A stretch of 64,000 nucleotides of DNA from Blastocladiella emersonii ATCC 22665 (GCA_025594325.1 JANHCV010000012.1:620001-684000), one strand, 5' to 3'; counted from the first letter of the stretch, positions 1 to 13,000 are shown. The notes: generated from the letters alone by a model not told the origin. Translations and numbers: made by a program.

Positions 1-1298
1 ATTTTCCGAGCGGCCAAGAACGCCGCGACCGTCCCAATCGTGAGCGCGTGGTTGCATCCCAGGACAACCTGCCACATTCCCAAATTACTCAGCAGCGCGA
101 GGAGCATGAACCCGAGGCAGAAGAGCGCACGGAAAATGGCAAACACCGCGGCCGTGTCGGGCCCGTCGCCGAACCACGATGCGAGGCAAAAGTTGATCAA
201 GCAGTTCGTCACATTGTCGAGCGCACCGAGCATCGCCATCCCGACGATCCACACCGCGGGCGACATTGCGTCCGGGACCAGGACGGCCACGTAGTAGATA
301 CCGTACGCGGCCGAGGACACGGCGAATGCACCCGCGACGAGCGGCATCGGTCCGCACGAGTCGTACAGTTTGCCCCACACGGGCGACGCGAGGGTGCCCA
401 CGACGCCAAACGCGATGCACATGGTGGGCAGAAGCCAGACGGGCGCGTCGCGGGGGAGCATCGTCGGGAAGTTGCCGAACGCGAGGCAGTTGATCGAGCC
501 GTTCCACATGATCACCGGGATCAGCGACGCGAGGGGAGTCGTGGTCAGCAGGCGCGCCATCCGGCGCAGCTGGTCGCTGAACGACGCGGGCGCGGCTTGA
601 GGCGGCTCCGTGTCAAGGATGAGCGCCGTTTGTTTCGGACGCGGATCGGGCAGCATGGCGAGCAGCAGCGACCCTGCGACGACCACGCCGGCCATGACGT
701 AGAGCAGCGTCTTGACCAACAAGCCGACGAGAAGGAGCAGGAGCGAGAGTCCGTTTCCCGCGATCATGTTGGCGGTCGATACGAGCAAGAAGCGGCCCGA
801 GAGCTTGCCCACATCGACGCCGAAGCTGCTCGCCGCAACCGAAACGTAGTAGCCCTGGGTTACCCACAGGGCACCGGCAGCACAGCCGATGAGCGCCGAG
901 CAGATGAAGAGGAAGACGACGTCAAAGTTGAGCGAGACGATAAACAGCGCGTAGAACAGGCTTGAGACGAAAAAGATGATGCGATGCGGCACCGAGTTGG
1001 TGATGTACGGGGCGAGGATCGAGCTGAAGATGAAGAAAAAGTAGACGATCGCCATGCAGTTGAACCCTTGTTCTGGGAAGATGGTGGTGATGCGCGATTC
1101 TGCAACGTTGCTAGAGCGGCATCGCGAAATTTAGTGCTCCCGCGTCACGCGCAGAGGAGGTGGGCTCCCGTACAATGCCGTGAAGACGAAGAGGAAGCCG
1201 GCACCGAGCAGCGTGACACGTTGCATCGCCTGGCGCTCGTGCTCCGCCGGGGTCGTGTCAAGCTCTAATAGGTCAGGAGATTGCACGGAGTCATTCAT
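1..1298 (-). CDS. UNC-93-like MFS membrane protein (3' end runs off the window; intron 1111-1173)
   Basis: ATG at 1298 (MNDSVQ...). A GTACGG...CTAG intron joins LLGAGFLFVFTAF to NVAESRITTIFP...LIGCAAGALWVTQGYYVS, the UNC-93 signature. Hydrophobic helices continue with no stop before position 1. Confidence 0.8.
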
Positions 1299-1479
1299 TG
1301 CCGCTGCATGGTTTGGGTATTGGGTCGGGAGCTTTTGGCGAAGCGCGCGCACCGAAGCGGTTTCGGCAACGGCCCCGTCGCCCCGGCCCACCTGACACGG
1401 TTTCAGCTGCCACCGTCCGGGCCACGCCGGAAGGACCCTCACTCACGGAGACTAGTACTGTGACCACCGAATGGATAAG

Positions 1480-2555
1480 AATCACTTGATTCACGAAACA
1501 GGGCCCAACGTAAGAGTGCCCGATCACATCCGTTCTCGTCGGACAAAGGGCCAAGGCGACGGTTGACGCGTTGCGCCACTCAGCTGACTGACCGGCAACG
1601 CGACTCCAGGAAGTGGTTAAGTGCTGAGAGATGTGTGGGAAGCCCATGGATGGCAAAACGTGGTTGCACGGATTAAAATGTGTGAGCACATGGAGGGCTT
1701 GTGCGACTTGGAGCGCAGCTTCATCACAAGGCTCGCAGTCCGTGACGTCAAGCTCCGTTAGCGTGCTCGGGAGGTCGCGAAGGTGGGCTGATGCACCAAC
1801 ATGCGGGAGAATGCACTTTTAGAACGAATGAAGCGGAAGGACCATCCGAAATGCGGTTCGGGACCAACAATCTAGCGCGCAAAGCAAGTGTCGCTGAGGT
1901 CAAGGTCGTGAACCGAAGCTGGAATCCGCAACGTGAGGAGACGTAGCAAGTCGATGGTGCTCGAAGCAAATGAGAGCGAGGTGGGAGGGGATGGTGATCG
2001 TTCCAGGGCAGCGTTGAGAACCTTGATCCCCGCCGTATTGATGGGCTGGCGGCTCAAGTCGAGCTTGGCGGTAGCTCCCGCCTCGAGACCCTCAAGTGCA
2101 GACACGATGGCCGAGTTGACTGCGATGCGCTCGTACGCGCCCTTGATCACGCCGCCGATGCCGAGCGCAGCACGTGTCTTTACGTTCAAGCTATCGAGGC
2201 TGCTTACGGAAAGCCCCGACTCGCGGTACCATTCAAGCGACACGAGTAAACCTTTCTTGATCGCGGAGACGATGTCGGTTGTCTTGGCCCGCTTCGGCAG
2301 CCCACTGCTCGACCATTTTGCGAGCAGCGGTGCATTACCGTGGAGAATAGCATGGCGCAACGTAAGCACCGGCGAACGCAGCAGTATCGCTTGGTGCACT
2401 CGCGGGATATCGTGCGCGCGCAGCACACGGGCGTAGTGGGCGAGGCCGCGAGTGTCCTGTGCGGACGGGTGGGCCCACACGGCGTAGCAGAGGATGGCCT
2501 CGATGATGTGCGGTATAGATAGCGAAGTGGAGCTCATGACTTCATGCGTTTTCAT
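1480..2555 (-). pseudogene. Ankyrin-like + RNI-type LRR protein, disrupted
   Basis: N-terminus is homologous to the 2651 and 5585 genes (HIIEAIL...LAHYARVL...LEWYRESGL). LRR units KLDLSRQPI and VHDLDLSD are followed by a TAG at 1872; LPSTLTELDVTDC continues in another frame. The 3' limit is approximate. Confidence 0.65.
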
Positions 2556-2650
2556 GGCGAGGCAGCTTCAGGAGAGCGAGGACCGCTCGCAGGTGCGGGG
2601 CCAAACTAGACGGTGGTCGCCACTCGACCCGTCGCCGCCGCTCGCGCACA

Positions 2651-4490
2651 ATGCCAACTCCGGCGCCACCACCCACCATGGAGCAAATGGACTTGATGCA
2701 AAACGTAAAGCTAGCTATACCCGAGGTCCTGAACCAAATTCTGGCCGAGGCCGTGATGTTGCATGAGCCGACCGAGCTCGGGCCGATGCTCGAGTATGCT
2801 CGCGTCATGCCCGCCGATCGGATTCCGGGCGTCATGCAGGCGATTCGTAAGCAACTGGAAAGTGTCTCGGCCGACGAGGCGACCGTCTTGGGCTGTGCCG
2901 ATTTGCTCCAGGCCCTCCGCCACTTTGGCCTTCCGCTTGATCATACCGCCGAGGCACTGAAGCAAGCCGCAGACTCGCGTCACTACCGCGTCTTAGAATG
3001 GTGGCGGGACTCGGAGCTTGTGCTTCGACACGGCCTGGTGGATGCTTCGTGGGCCAGGTCCCTCCTTGGCATCAAGCGTTTCATGCCTCCGGTACGCCCT
3101 CTTCGATGCTACATACTCGAGAGCGAAAAAAGAAACACACGAAAGCTTATTGTCTCGCTCCCCCATTTAGAGTCCCGGAGCTCTGGTTGCCGCGGGCGAC
3201 GCCATTGTAGACCATATCTATGCGGCTGCGGCCGCAACTGGCATCAGCGCTGTCGATATCTCTTTGGCGCGGATCTCCGTCACCGGTATCCAGCGCCTCA
3301 ACGATGCAATGGCCGTCTCCGTGATTCCGGTCACCAATGTGACTCTTTTTGCCGTTGATCTCGACTGGTCTCGCTTCCAGGCCCTCAAATTTCCTTCAAG
3401 CCTCGAGTCGCTTAGTCTCAAGTGCAATCGACTCGATGACGGTTGCATCAGTCCTGCAGCACCATGGCTACCTGCCTCGCTGGTCTCGCTTTCGCTCCAC
3501 CACGAATGTTTGTCACTGGGAACGTTCGGCGCACACTTGGAATATTTCCCGCCAACTCTTGCATCGCTCCATTTTCACGCGTGTCGCATGTCCATGTCCG
3601 AAGTCGTCTCTCTTGCACGCGGATTGCCGTCTACACTACTCGACCTCCGCACCTTTCACTGCAAGCTCAACGACGACCATGTTGTCACACTCACTCGCGC
3701 CCTGCCCAAAGGACTTCGAACGCTCAGCTTTGCTGGCAACAAGATCACGCGCGCGGGTGCGCAACGCGTCGCTCGGCTCCTTCCCTCGCAGCTCACTCTG
3801 CTTGACGTCTCGAATAATGATATTGGCTCTGGAGGGTTTTTCGCAATTGTTCAGCATCTTCCCGACACAATTGAAGTGCTCTTCGCGTCAAGCTGCGCAA
3901 TTGGTCCAATGGGCGCGAGCGCACTGCTCCACCGCAAGCTTCCCAATCTCAATAAGATCCTCCTTCGCGAAAACAACGTCATTGACTTTGCAAACCTGAA
4001 CGCGCCATCCAGGTCCGTCATGGCCGCCGTTTTCAAGCCAGTCCCTGCTTCAGCACAGCTGCCATCGCTCCGAGACTTCCGTCTATCGGGTAGTTGCTTC
4101 TCGTATGACACGCACTGCTTTGGGATCCCGTTTGTCGTTCCCACGCTCACCCTCCTTGACCTGTCTTCCTCCCGTATCGACGACAACATACTTCTCGAGT
4201 GTATCAAGGTCATGCCGCCAAACCTCGAAGTGCTTGAGCTCTCTGAAAATGATATCACTGACGTTGGCGCCGTGGCCCTGGCTGAAGTGCTTCCGTCAAC
4301 TCTCAACGAGCTTTGGATCAACGAAAACAATATAGGCGAGTTTGGCGGCTATCACCTTCTTCAAACCTGCATCAAGCTGGGTGCCAAACATTTCGAAATC
4401 AGTGGCGACGCCATCCCTCCGGATTCCGAGTTTTTGGACATGCTCGATTCAGTCTTTGGCGAGCACGTCAATAACAAAAACGATGATTAG
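2651..4490 (+). CDS. Ankyrin-like N-terminal domain + about 10 RNI-like LRRs (intron 3092-3170), intact, about 586 aa
   Basis: A phase-0 GTACGC...TTTAG intron joins ORF 2651 to ORF 3264 in frame. YRVLEWWRDSEL motif; repeated LPxxLxxLxLxxNxIxxxG units. Confidence 0.85.
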
Positions 4491-5003
4491 GACGTGCCCT
4501 TATTTAAATTTTATTCTGTTCTTTGTCATTTCGCGACCATGTCCCTTAACGACCGTTTGCTGAGCTGGGACGAGATCTGAACGTGAACACATGTACTGTG
4601 TGAGGCGTTGCCCGCGTCGCGTTGAGTCGCGACTCCTCACGGCGCGACGCGACTCATTGCATCGCGTGACCGCGCCCGCTGATCTGAAGCCCCTCGTCGT
4701 CCGCCGAACGGAGCGCGAGCAACTCGATCAGGTCAATCCTCAATCCATGCAGCCCTGAGCCCAATACGACTTGATGAATTCTTTGCGCGACCAACACGAC
4801 GTGCACATGCGCGAGGCTGGGCACCGCGGCGCCGAGTCGGACGTTGCGGTAGACAGCCAGCGCGAGCTCCAACGGTGCATGGACGCGCTGACTCTCGAAG
4901 GTCCCGCGTGGGGAGCCCTCTTCGACCACAGGAACTTGACTTATTACGGTGCGCAATGCGTGTGATGGCCGTACCCTGACGCTGACCGTCACCACGCGTA
5001 GCC

Positions 5004-5300
5004 TTGCGCAAGCCTGAGTACGTGGTGGGCCGCCAATTCAGCGCGGACGTTCACATCCTCTTACTCGAGTGTTCAAAAGAACACTCGCGCATCACGTTTT
5101 CCGGCCGTGTGGAAGCTGGAGCGGCTGTGACCGCCATCGTCGATCTCAGCTCCAACGGCACGAAATTGACGGTCGCCGCCTGGTGCGTGGCGAACCGACT
5201 CCGCTTCTGCACGGAAGTATCATCACGTTCGGACTTGATCACGGTACGCCCGTCGCGCTACGTTTGCAATCTTTCGACACTGTTCTTAAACCTCGCACTC
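5004..5300 (+). pseudogene. FHA-domain remnant (frameshifted)
   Basis: YVVGRQFSAD...SKEHSRI...DLSSNGT, then a 1-nt shift to IDGRRLVRGEPTPLLHGSIITFG. This gives the canonical FHA GR / SxxH / NGT motifs. Upstream sequence contains stops. Confidence 0.75.
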
Positions 5301-5584
5301 GCGGCACGTTTAGTCTTCACGTTCCAGTGCAGGAACATGGAGAACCATGTTGCCAACAACCCTGCCTCGGCCGATCCGTTCAGAGTTCGGTTCTGGGCTC
5401 CAGCACCATGATCCAGTTTGATATATCGATGCGGACGAGCCGTCGCTGCCCGCTTCCTCCATCTGTGGCGTGCCGCGTTCTTTTAATTGCGTGAGATCAC
5501 GCCGAACAGCCCGGGACCAAAAACGGTCGGCGCCTCAGCTGCGGAGTGACGAAACGCGCCGACGAGACGATCTGAGCTCTATGA

Positions 5585-7076
5585 ATGCTTGAAGCCATGA
5601 TACTCAAAATGAATGAAACTTGCTGCAATGAACCTAAGCCAACCTCTTGCGACCCTATGCTCCCTTACGACGTGATCGAGCAAGTTCTCGAACGCGCCGT
5701 CTTCTCGCACGACCCGAACGACACGGCCGGCCTCCTGCAGTACCTTCGCGTCCTGCCGTTTTCTCACGCTCCCAATGTTCGCTGGGCCGTTCTCTCGCAC
5801 GCAACGGCGTTGTCAATGGACAAGGCGAGCGAGTTTGGTCGCGTTCGCGTGCTCGAAGAGTGGAAGCGGTCGGGTCTCAAGCTTCGCTACTCGGAGCGCG
5901 CCCTGTATCTTGCCTGGGCCAACTCGCACTACAGCGTCCTCGAGTGGTGGCGCGAATCGAAGCTGCGGCTCAAGCTGGACGACCATCTTTCAAAGGCCGC
6001 GCGTGTCTTCCTTGCCGCGAAGCCCAAGTACCCGGCCTCGATGCATCGCGAGGTGCGCGTAGTGCAATTGACGTCGACCAGTCAACGTACTAACGCTTGG
6101 GTCATCTGAATAGTTCCGCGGCCATACCCTTGCAGCCGATGCCGACGTGTACCTCGCTGAGCACTTTGGCAAGCTCGTGTCCGGCGAGCCGACCGAACTT
6201 CGCGTCCCCGCAATGAGGCTTACTCGTGGCGGTGCCGAGCTACTTCGCGACATTCTCGCGCACCCTAGCTGTGCCATAACCACAATCATGCTTGAAAACT
6301 GCGCCTTGACTTTATCCCTCCTTGCAGCCATGCAACTGCCTGCGTCGGTGCTCTCCCTGACCATCAGCGGAAACCCGCTTGATCACCAGCCCGATGAGAT
6401 CAGCAACATGCAGCTGCCTCCCACCCTCGAATCACTTAGGCTCCTCAATAACCAGTTCGGGACAAACGGTGCTGCTGTCACGTTCGAGCGCTTTCCGATC
6501 TCGCTTCGCGTCATAGAGCTCGCCGACACGCACATGTCGTTTCGCACAGCACAGTCGTTCATTCACGCGCTTCCAGTGCAACTCGAAAAGCTTTCGATGA
6601 TCCACTCGCCCTTGCCGCACGAGGCGGTGCTTACATTTGCCGTACGACTCCCCAGCCTCGCTCTTAGGTCGCTCAGTATTAGCCACTTCAGGGCATCGGG
6701 CCTCGACTTGATCTTGCCACGGCTCCCAGCCGGCCTTGATAGTCTCTGCCTCTCTTGGTGCGAAGGGCTTAACGACCCCGTCATGGTTTCTGCGTATGCA
6801 GCTCAGGTCTCGCAACACTTGCGCAGTTTGACCTTGATCGGTGCACAGCTCATTGCCTCAAATAGTGCCGAGTTTGCCAGGGCACTTCCGCGATCCATTC
6901 GCAGGCTCGAACTCAAGGTTTGCTGGCCGTATGAGGAGGCGGTTGAGTTGCTCGTTCCGCATCTACCCGTCGAGCTCGAGTCCTTGGTGCTGAACCCAGA
7001 CGAGGTCGACTTCAACGTCGTTGCGCCGCTTCTCAAGGAGCGGTGCCCGAACGCGGTGGTTTCAAATGGCCTCTGA
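5585..7076 (+). CDS. Ankyrin-like + RNI-like LRR protein (intron 6053-6113), intact
   Basis: MDKASEFGRVRVLEEWKRSGLKLRYSERAL...VLEWWRESKL repeats. A GTGCGC...TACTAAC...ATAG intron joins in frame to LRR ORF 6147-7076. The start codon could be 5585 or a downstream ATG. Confidence 0.85.
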
Positions 7077-7477
7077 CAGCTGTATTGCAGTTACGCATTT
7101 CCCCTCGCTTTTTCACGCGAGATCAAGCTGCTCTCGCTCTCATGTGTCGTTGGCGCGAGCAGGTGACAGAGCGTCAGAATCAGAAAATGCATCTATTGAA
7201 TTAAGTCCTACTTGACCACTGCAACATGCGATTTAGGGTATGCGCGAGAGGACCCCGAGGGCGTGTTGCGAAGCGGTCCATGGGCCCCGCTTCGCCTCGG
7301 ATGAACTTGAATCTTTGTCCTGGACTGATTGAGTGTGCCAAAATCATCTTTCTCACAGAGAAGAGGCTGGTCGTGGAAGGCAAGCGGTCTCAGCTGGCAA
7401 AGCTTGACAGCATGGATGCCAATGTACTGTAGCGTCGGGTCCATATTAATCTCGTCGTTGAGCGCGATGCAGAGTAG

Positions 7478-7670
7478 TTGAGCAATCGCGAGTTTGTTAA
7501 CGATAGTGCGTTCAGCAAGGACCTGCCGCACCAAACTCAAACTTTTTTGCAACAAGATCACGGGCCGTGGCTTCACCGCCGTCTGCCCGCACCTGCCGCC
7601 CGAGCTCGAGCAGCTCACCATGGACCACAGCTCGTTCAGCGCCGTGAACCTGCGCATCAAGCTTAAGTGA
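7478..7670 (+). pseudogene. Short LRR remnant
   Basis: LKLFCNKITGRGFTAVCPHLPPELEQL resembles FAGNKITRAGAQRVARLLPSQLTLL of the 2651 gene. It is frameshifted and has no start. Confidence 0.45.
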
Positions 7671-7922
7671 TTTTTTCCCGCGGCCGTCACCGAGCTTTGC
7701 TTCACCGAGCCCAACCTGAACTGTGCGTTGCATGTATTGCTGCCCCTGGTGTTTCGAAGCGAGGCGTCGTGCCTCAGGAACACGTGTGTGGCGCAACGCG
7801 TCGGAACGCGACTGCCGCCACCTCCGCCGATTCCCCATTCTCGTCAAGTTCATCGGCATGATGCTTCAAAGTTTTCGACACAGCGATCATAAGCAAACTC
7901 GTTGAATTCCATCAAATACGGC

Positions 7923-9189
7923 TCAGATCCCCTTATCCAGGAACGCCTTGAGCGCCGGACCCAGCGAGTCCATGCCGCTGCCGTTCACCGGATAGGCCGC
8001 GGTGATGAGGATACGTTTGAGGACCGGGCGCAGCTCATTGTAGAGTGGAGTTGGGAACCGCGGGTCGACGTCGGGCAAGGGCTCGTGAAGGCGCAGGAAT
8101 TTGAGGTCGCGGAGAAAGAACGTGCTGGTGCACGCGATATCGTGTACCGACATCTGTTTCTCAAGCACTTTGACGCAGTCGGTGAAGATGCCGCTGAAAG
8201 TGATGTGCTCCTCTGATCAATCCGTGACGGAGCGCCTCGACCCAATCCATAAGCTCGGACTGCATGACCGACTCGGGAAGCCCGCGGCCGAGAAACAGGT
8301 CGAATGCGTCGGACGGAAGCGTGGTTGCATCGATGGCATAGTACGGAATGTTGTCGATCGAGAGCAAAAGGAAGGTTGGGTTGACAACGTGATCGATTTC
8401 CTACGTGAAAGCGCACGATTCAGCAAGGCATTCGAGATTGCAAGCGATGCGCGCAGACTCGACGCTCTTGAGCACACCGCGGTACTGCGTGCGAGCGCGT
8501 TCTATGGTCGCGGTCACCGAGGCCGAGAGACTCGGGTTTGCGAGAGGGTCAGCGGCACAAGCTGATTGGTGGTATTGTGCCCGTGCGTCCAGAAGCGCGT
8601 CGACGGACCATTCCACATCGAGCCAAGCACGCCAGCAGCGGCGGAGCTCGGCCTGCATTGCGACATCCATGACGCGGAGCGGCGAACCGGGTGAGGCGTT
8701 GACCCACTCCTTGTCGAGGCAGTCGCGTAGTTGACCATCCCAAATCTCACGCACCTTGGAGTCGAGAATCGTGGAGTACCAAAGCTGGCCAACGTTTCGA
8801 GTGAGCGTGTCCGTGTCGAGCGTATCAACCGAAGTATGAGCAAGTGCGTGGAGGATAAGCAAGTTTCGAGCGAGGAGTTCGGGCTGCCAGTCAATGAGCG
8901 TGAACGAGAGACTCGGCTCGGTACCCTTGGCCACCGCCTCGCACACGGTCCGAGCGACCTCGGCCAGGTCGCCGCAGCCGCACACGAGAGTAGCCAGCTC
9001 GGCCCGCGTGCACGATCCGTGCGAGAGGAGCAAGTCGCGCGGTGGGAGGTGCCGGAACGGGCGGTAGCCGGTGACACGATTCCCGCGGTACTGCATGCGG
9101 CACGTAAGGAGCGGCGGAACCGACGCATCTGATACGTCGAGCATAATAGCACTGTCGGATCTAATGCCAGCAGTTGCGGGCGGTTTCAT
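7923..9189 (-). pseudogene. DUF4470-like protein copy 1 (nonsense codon plus large internal deletion)
   Basis: LVCGCGDLAEVARTV...DWQPELLARNLLIL. TAG at 8401-8403 replaces the Gln seen in copy 2. The sequence then jumps from LRHGL directly to the C-terminal tail ending KAFLDKGI*. Confidence 0.8.
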
Positions 9190-9436
9190 GATGCTGCATA
9201 GGTAGGTGGTTTTACTGATGTTGAGAGCGGCGAAGACGAGACGGGATCTCCCCGACACGCGCGTGCGGGCAGGCGTGAGAGCCGGCGTCACGCGTCGCCG
9301 CCCGCACGTGTTGCGCCACTCACGTGATATCATAACGCGTCTCATCAGTTGTCTCCTGTGTCGGGAGCCCAGTCTTCATACATGAAAAGTACAAATTTGA
9401 GACAAAAGACCCAACTGACTAAAACGACAACATAAA

Positions 9437-9600
9437 TCAAGCGTCCTTGGTCAAAAGCGAACCCATCGCCGGACGCAGCGTGTCCATGCCGTTGCCGCAG
9501 ACTATGTATGCGGGAATAACGGGGCCACGCTTGAGAATCGGTCGTAGCGGCGAGTACAGGGAGTTCGAGCAATTGCAGCAACGGGCTTGTGCGCTTGCGC
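9437..9600 (-). pseudogene. Isolated copy of the DUF4470-family C-terminal tail
   Basis: LYSPLRPILKRGPVIPAYIVCGNGMDTLRPAMGSLLTKDA* aligns with YDILRPHLKRVLILPTYPVCGSGMDTLGPELKKFLAKGI*. Confidence 0.6.
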
Positions 9601-10039
9601 GGAAAATATCTCCAAAACTTGAGTCGCTCAACCTCGAGGACGCGGGCCTCACGAACTTCGTCTCGAGCGCGCCCGCGTCGGGCGCCAAGCTGTTCCCCGT
9701 AATCGAGTTGCTGGTCCCGGATTTCTGTCCGCTGCCGCCCGTAAAGCTCAATTCAAACGCGGGCTGAGACGTCCTCAAGATTACCGCAAGCCAGCGAGCG
9801 TGGATCGCTCCCAAGGCGCCCAATCTTCCAAAATAATGCGGTTCAGCGGGCGCGCAACCCTCACTCTCACATTCTCGTTTTGACGCAACTGCGGAGAGGC
9901 GAGACGCGATGCGCCACACCCGTGACTTTCAAACATGTCTCGCGCGTGAGTCAGGTGCTTGTGCTCATTCGATTAACACGATCGCATCAGGAGGTCTTAA
10001 GAACATGTAAATTCAGTGGAGTTCGTAACAGCAAGCTCG

Positions 10040-13000
10040 TCAAATCCCCTTGGCGAGGAACTTCTTGAGCTCCGGCCCAAGTGTGTCCATCCCGCTGCCG
10101 CACACGGGATACGTTGGCAGAATCAGGACCCGCTTGAGATGCGGCCGCAGGATATCGTAGTCAGCCGCGCTAACCCGAGAATCAGTCTCCGGGACCGGGC
10201 CTGGCAAGACCACAAAGTCAAAGAAATCAGCCAGAGCGACGTCCTCCAGTGGGAGGTTGCCCAACATCATGCGCGGGGCCAGTTTCGTCGCGGTCTCCGT
10301 CATTATCCTGCAGAGCGTATCTCCTTGCGATTGGGTGACGTCGTCACAAGAAATGCGGTTGAGGACCATGGTACACTCGAATGCTGGCGTTGGAATCGAT
10401 CCGGGACCAGACGACGGGAGGAACACGGCCCGGTCAACGAGAAGGAGAGCGGTGCTCGTGGAGTGAAGAACAAAGTGAGCCCGGTTCTTCCTGAGTCCAA
10501 ACGATTTGACAAGCATCTGAGTGAACTCGATGAGGCACGTAGCGAACGTCTTAGCCGCTAACGACGGATCCGAGTTGCGCGTGTTGACTCGTGCGCGGCG
10601 CCGTAGCGAGGCAAGTAGATCCGTGGCCGCGTGATCGGCCGCATGGATAGAATGCGAGAAGATTTGACTATCCTGCGGGACAAGGATACGGCGACCGACG
10701 TGTGGGCGAGAGGGCGGGAGCCCCAAATCGACATTGGCAGTTGTAAACCGCTTGAGGTCAACAACAAGGCGACATTGATTCCGATCGTCCTTGCCACGAG
10801 CCACTCGAACGGGTGACGTTAAGCGCATGGTCTGCTGAAGAGTATCGTCGATATAAATCGTCAAGGCTCCGCCATCGAATCTGAGCTCGAGACGCATTGA
10901 GGCGGGCACAGAACCAGATTTCAGCTTGAGGTGAACTCGAACCCATTCGAGGTCGTCCGAGACATGCTCAACTGCAAACGGCCACGTTCTCGGGTCCCCT
11001 GGACCTGAGTTCGGGAGTGGCGGTCGAGATTGGACAAGCGCCTTTGAGAGAAAGGTAAACGGGCTCGCAGCGGACCGAGCGATCGTGACCGATGGCGAGT
11101 TTAAGGGGAACAGCTTCCCCCCGACAAGCGTTCGCTCGGCATTGGGAGAGCCATGTCCAGGAGATTGTTCGCGGTAGACACCAATCATGGTGTGCGGTTT
11201 GAGTTCCGAGACCAACGCCAATGGGAGGTTGGCTTTGATGCGAATCTGCAGGGAGTCGCCGTGGATCTGCTCCACACAAAGGCTCTCGAGGCGGTAGGTT
11301 ACCTTGGGCAGGAGAAGTTCGACCACGAGATGAGCAGGGCGAAGTGAACACTTGCCATCCGATGAGACGAGAAATTCTATGCAGAAGAATGGGCGTCCCT
11401 CGATGTCGCAAAGCCCGTATGAGCGAAGGGGGAATGTGATCTCGCTCAATTCACCGATCACCTCGCTGGACGCCGAGGATAAGCCAAGTACGGACTGTTG
11501 GCATTCCGGCCAAGAGGTAGTGTCACTGGCCACTGTCTCCGAAACGGTGATACGTCCCGAAGCAAGCGCGAAGGCAAGCAATTTGGAGAGGAAGCTTCGA
11601 GTCGTGAACTTGGCGGCTATAGATTGGCGAGTGAGTTTTTTCGTCCCAGCTTCCAGCTCATGAGGATTAGAACCGTACCCATGTTCGGCGCCTTGGGTCG
11701 CGAAACGGCCGAGATACAGTCGGAGACCGCGCGTGTGATTATATCCGAGCTCACGAGCGACGTCGGCACTGTGGGGTGCAGCAGCTTGGTAAATGTCAAG
11801 TGCCGAATGGGGTGGTAATCGAGATAGTCTGCGCTCCATGCAAAGTGCTGAAACCACGTCCTTGGAACATCGGGACTCGGCCTTTCGGCGAGGACGACAC
11901 CAAAAAGTGCGGGATAAACTTCGTGTGAGAGCCCCGTCGCGCGAAGCAAGTAGGCCTCGTCGTCACCCGCGGTGTCGACACCCGTAGAGTACGCGAGCAG
12001 GCGTGCCGGGTCGTGGCCATCGTGCCTGTGGCGAAGCAGGACCGAGCCGTGGATAAGCATGCTGAGCAGGCCGCACGAATCCATGAGGTTATTCGTGTCG
12101 ACAACGTCGAAGCGCATTTTCGGATTGGCTGCCAGTTGTTCCATGACCGCGACAGCGTGACCATGCGCGAAAGAGAAGCGGACGCGCGGAGCACTTCCGC
12201 GGAGGCCGTCGCGCAGCGCTGTGACCCAGTTACTAATTTCGGCGAGCATGACTGACTCGGGAAGCCCGCGGCCGAGGAACAGGTCGAACGCGTCGGAAGG
12301 CAGCGAGCTTGCGTCGACAGCGTGATAAGGCCTATTGTCGTTCCCAATGAGGAGAAAGGTCGGATTGACAACAACCGAGGACGTTTGCGTGAACGCGCTC
12401 GACTCGGCGAGGCGTTCGAGGTTGCAAACCGTGCGCGCCGATTCGACGCCCTTGAGGACCCCACGGTACTGCGCGTGCATGCGGCCCATGAAGGCGGCTG
12501 CAGAAGCTGACGGGTTCCGGACTGCATTCGGGTCAGCAGCTGAAGTTGACGAACGATAGCTTGAACGCTCGTCCAACAAGGCCTCGATGGACCAATCGAC
12601 TACGAGCCAAGCTCGCCAGCAGCGAGAAAGCTCGAACTGCGTCGCATCGTTTGACAGGCGAAAAGCGCCACTGGGTGAGGCATTGAGCCAGATCTTCGCG
12701 ATACACTCGCGCAGTCGAGCATTCCAGAACTCGCGCGCACTCAAATCGAGCACCGCAGAGTACCAGAGCTGTCCAACGTATCGAGCAAGTGTTTGTGAAT
12801 CGACCAAGTCCGCAGGAGTTGAGGAAATTGCATGAAGAATGAGCAAGTTTCGCGCGAGGACTTCGGGCTGCCAGTCGTTGAGCACAAATGAGAGCGTCGT
12901 GGTAGCACCCTTGGCCGCGGTTTCGCAAACGGTTCGTGCAACTTCGGCCAAGTCGCCACAGCCGCAAACGAGCGCATCGAGCTCGGACCGCGCGCGCGCA

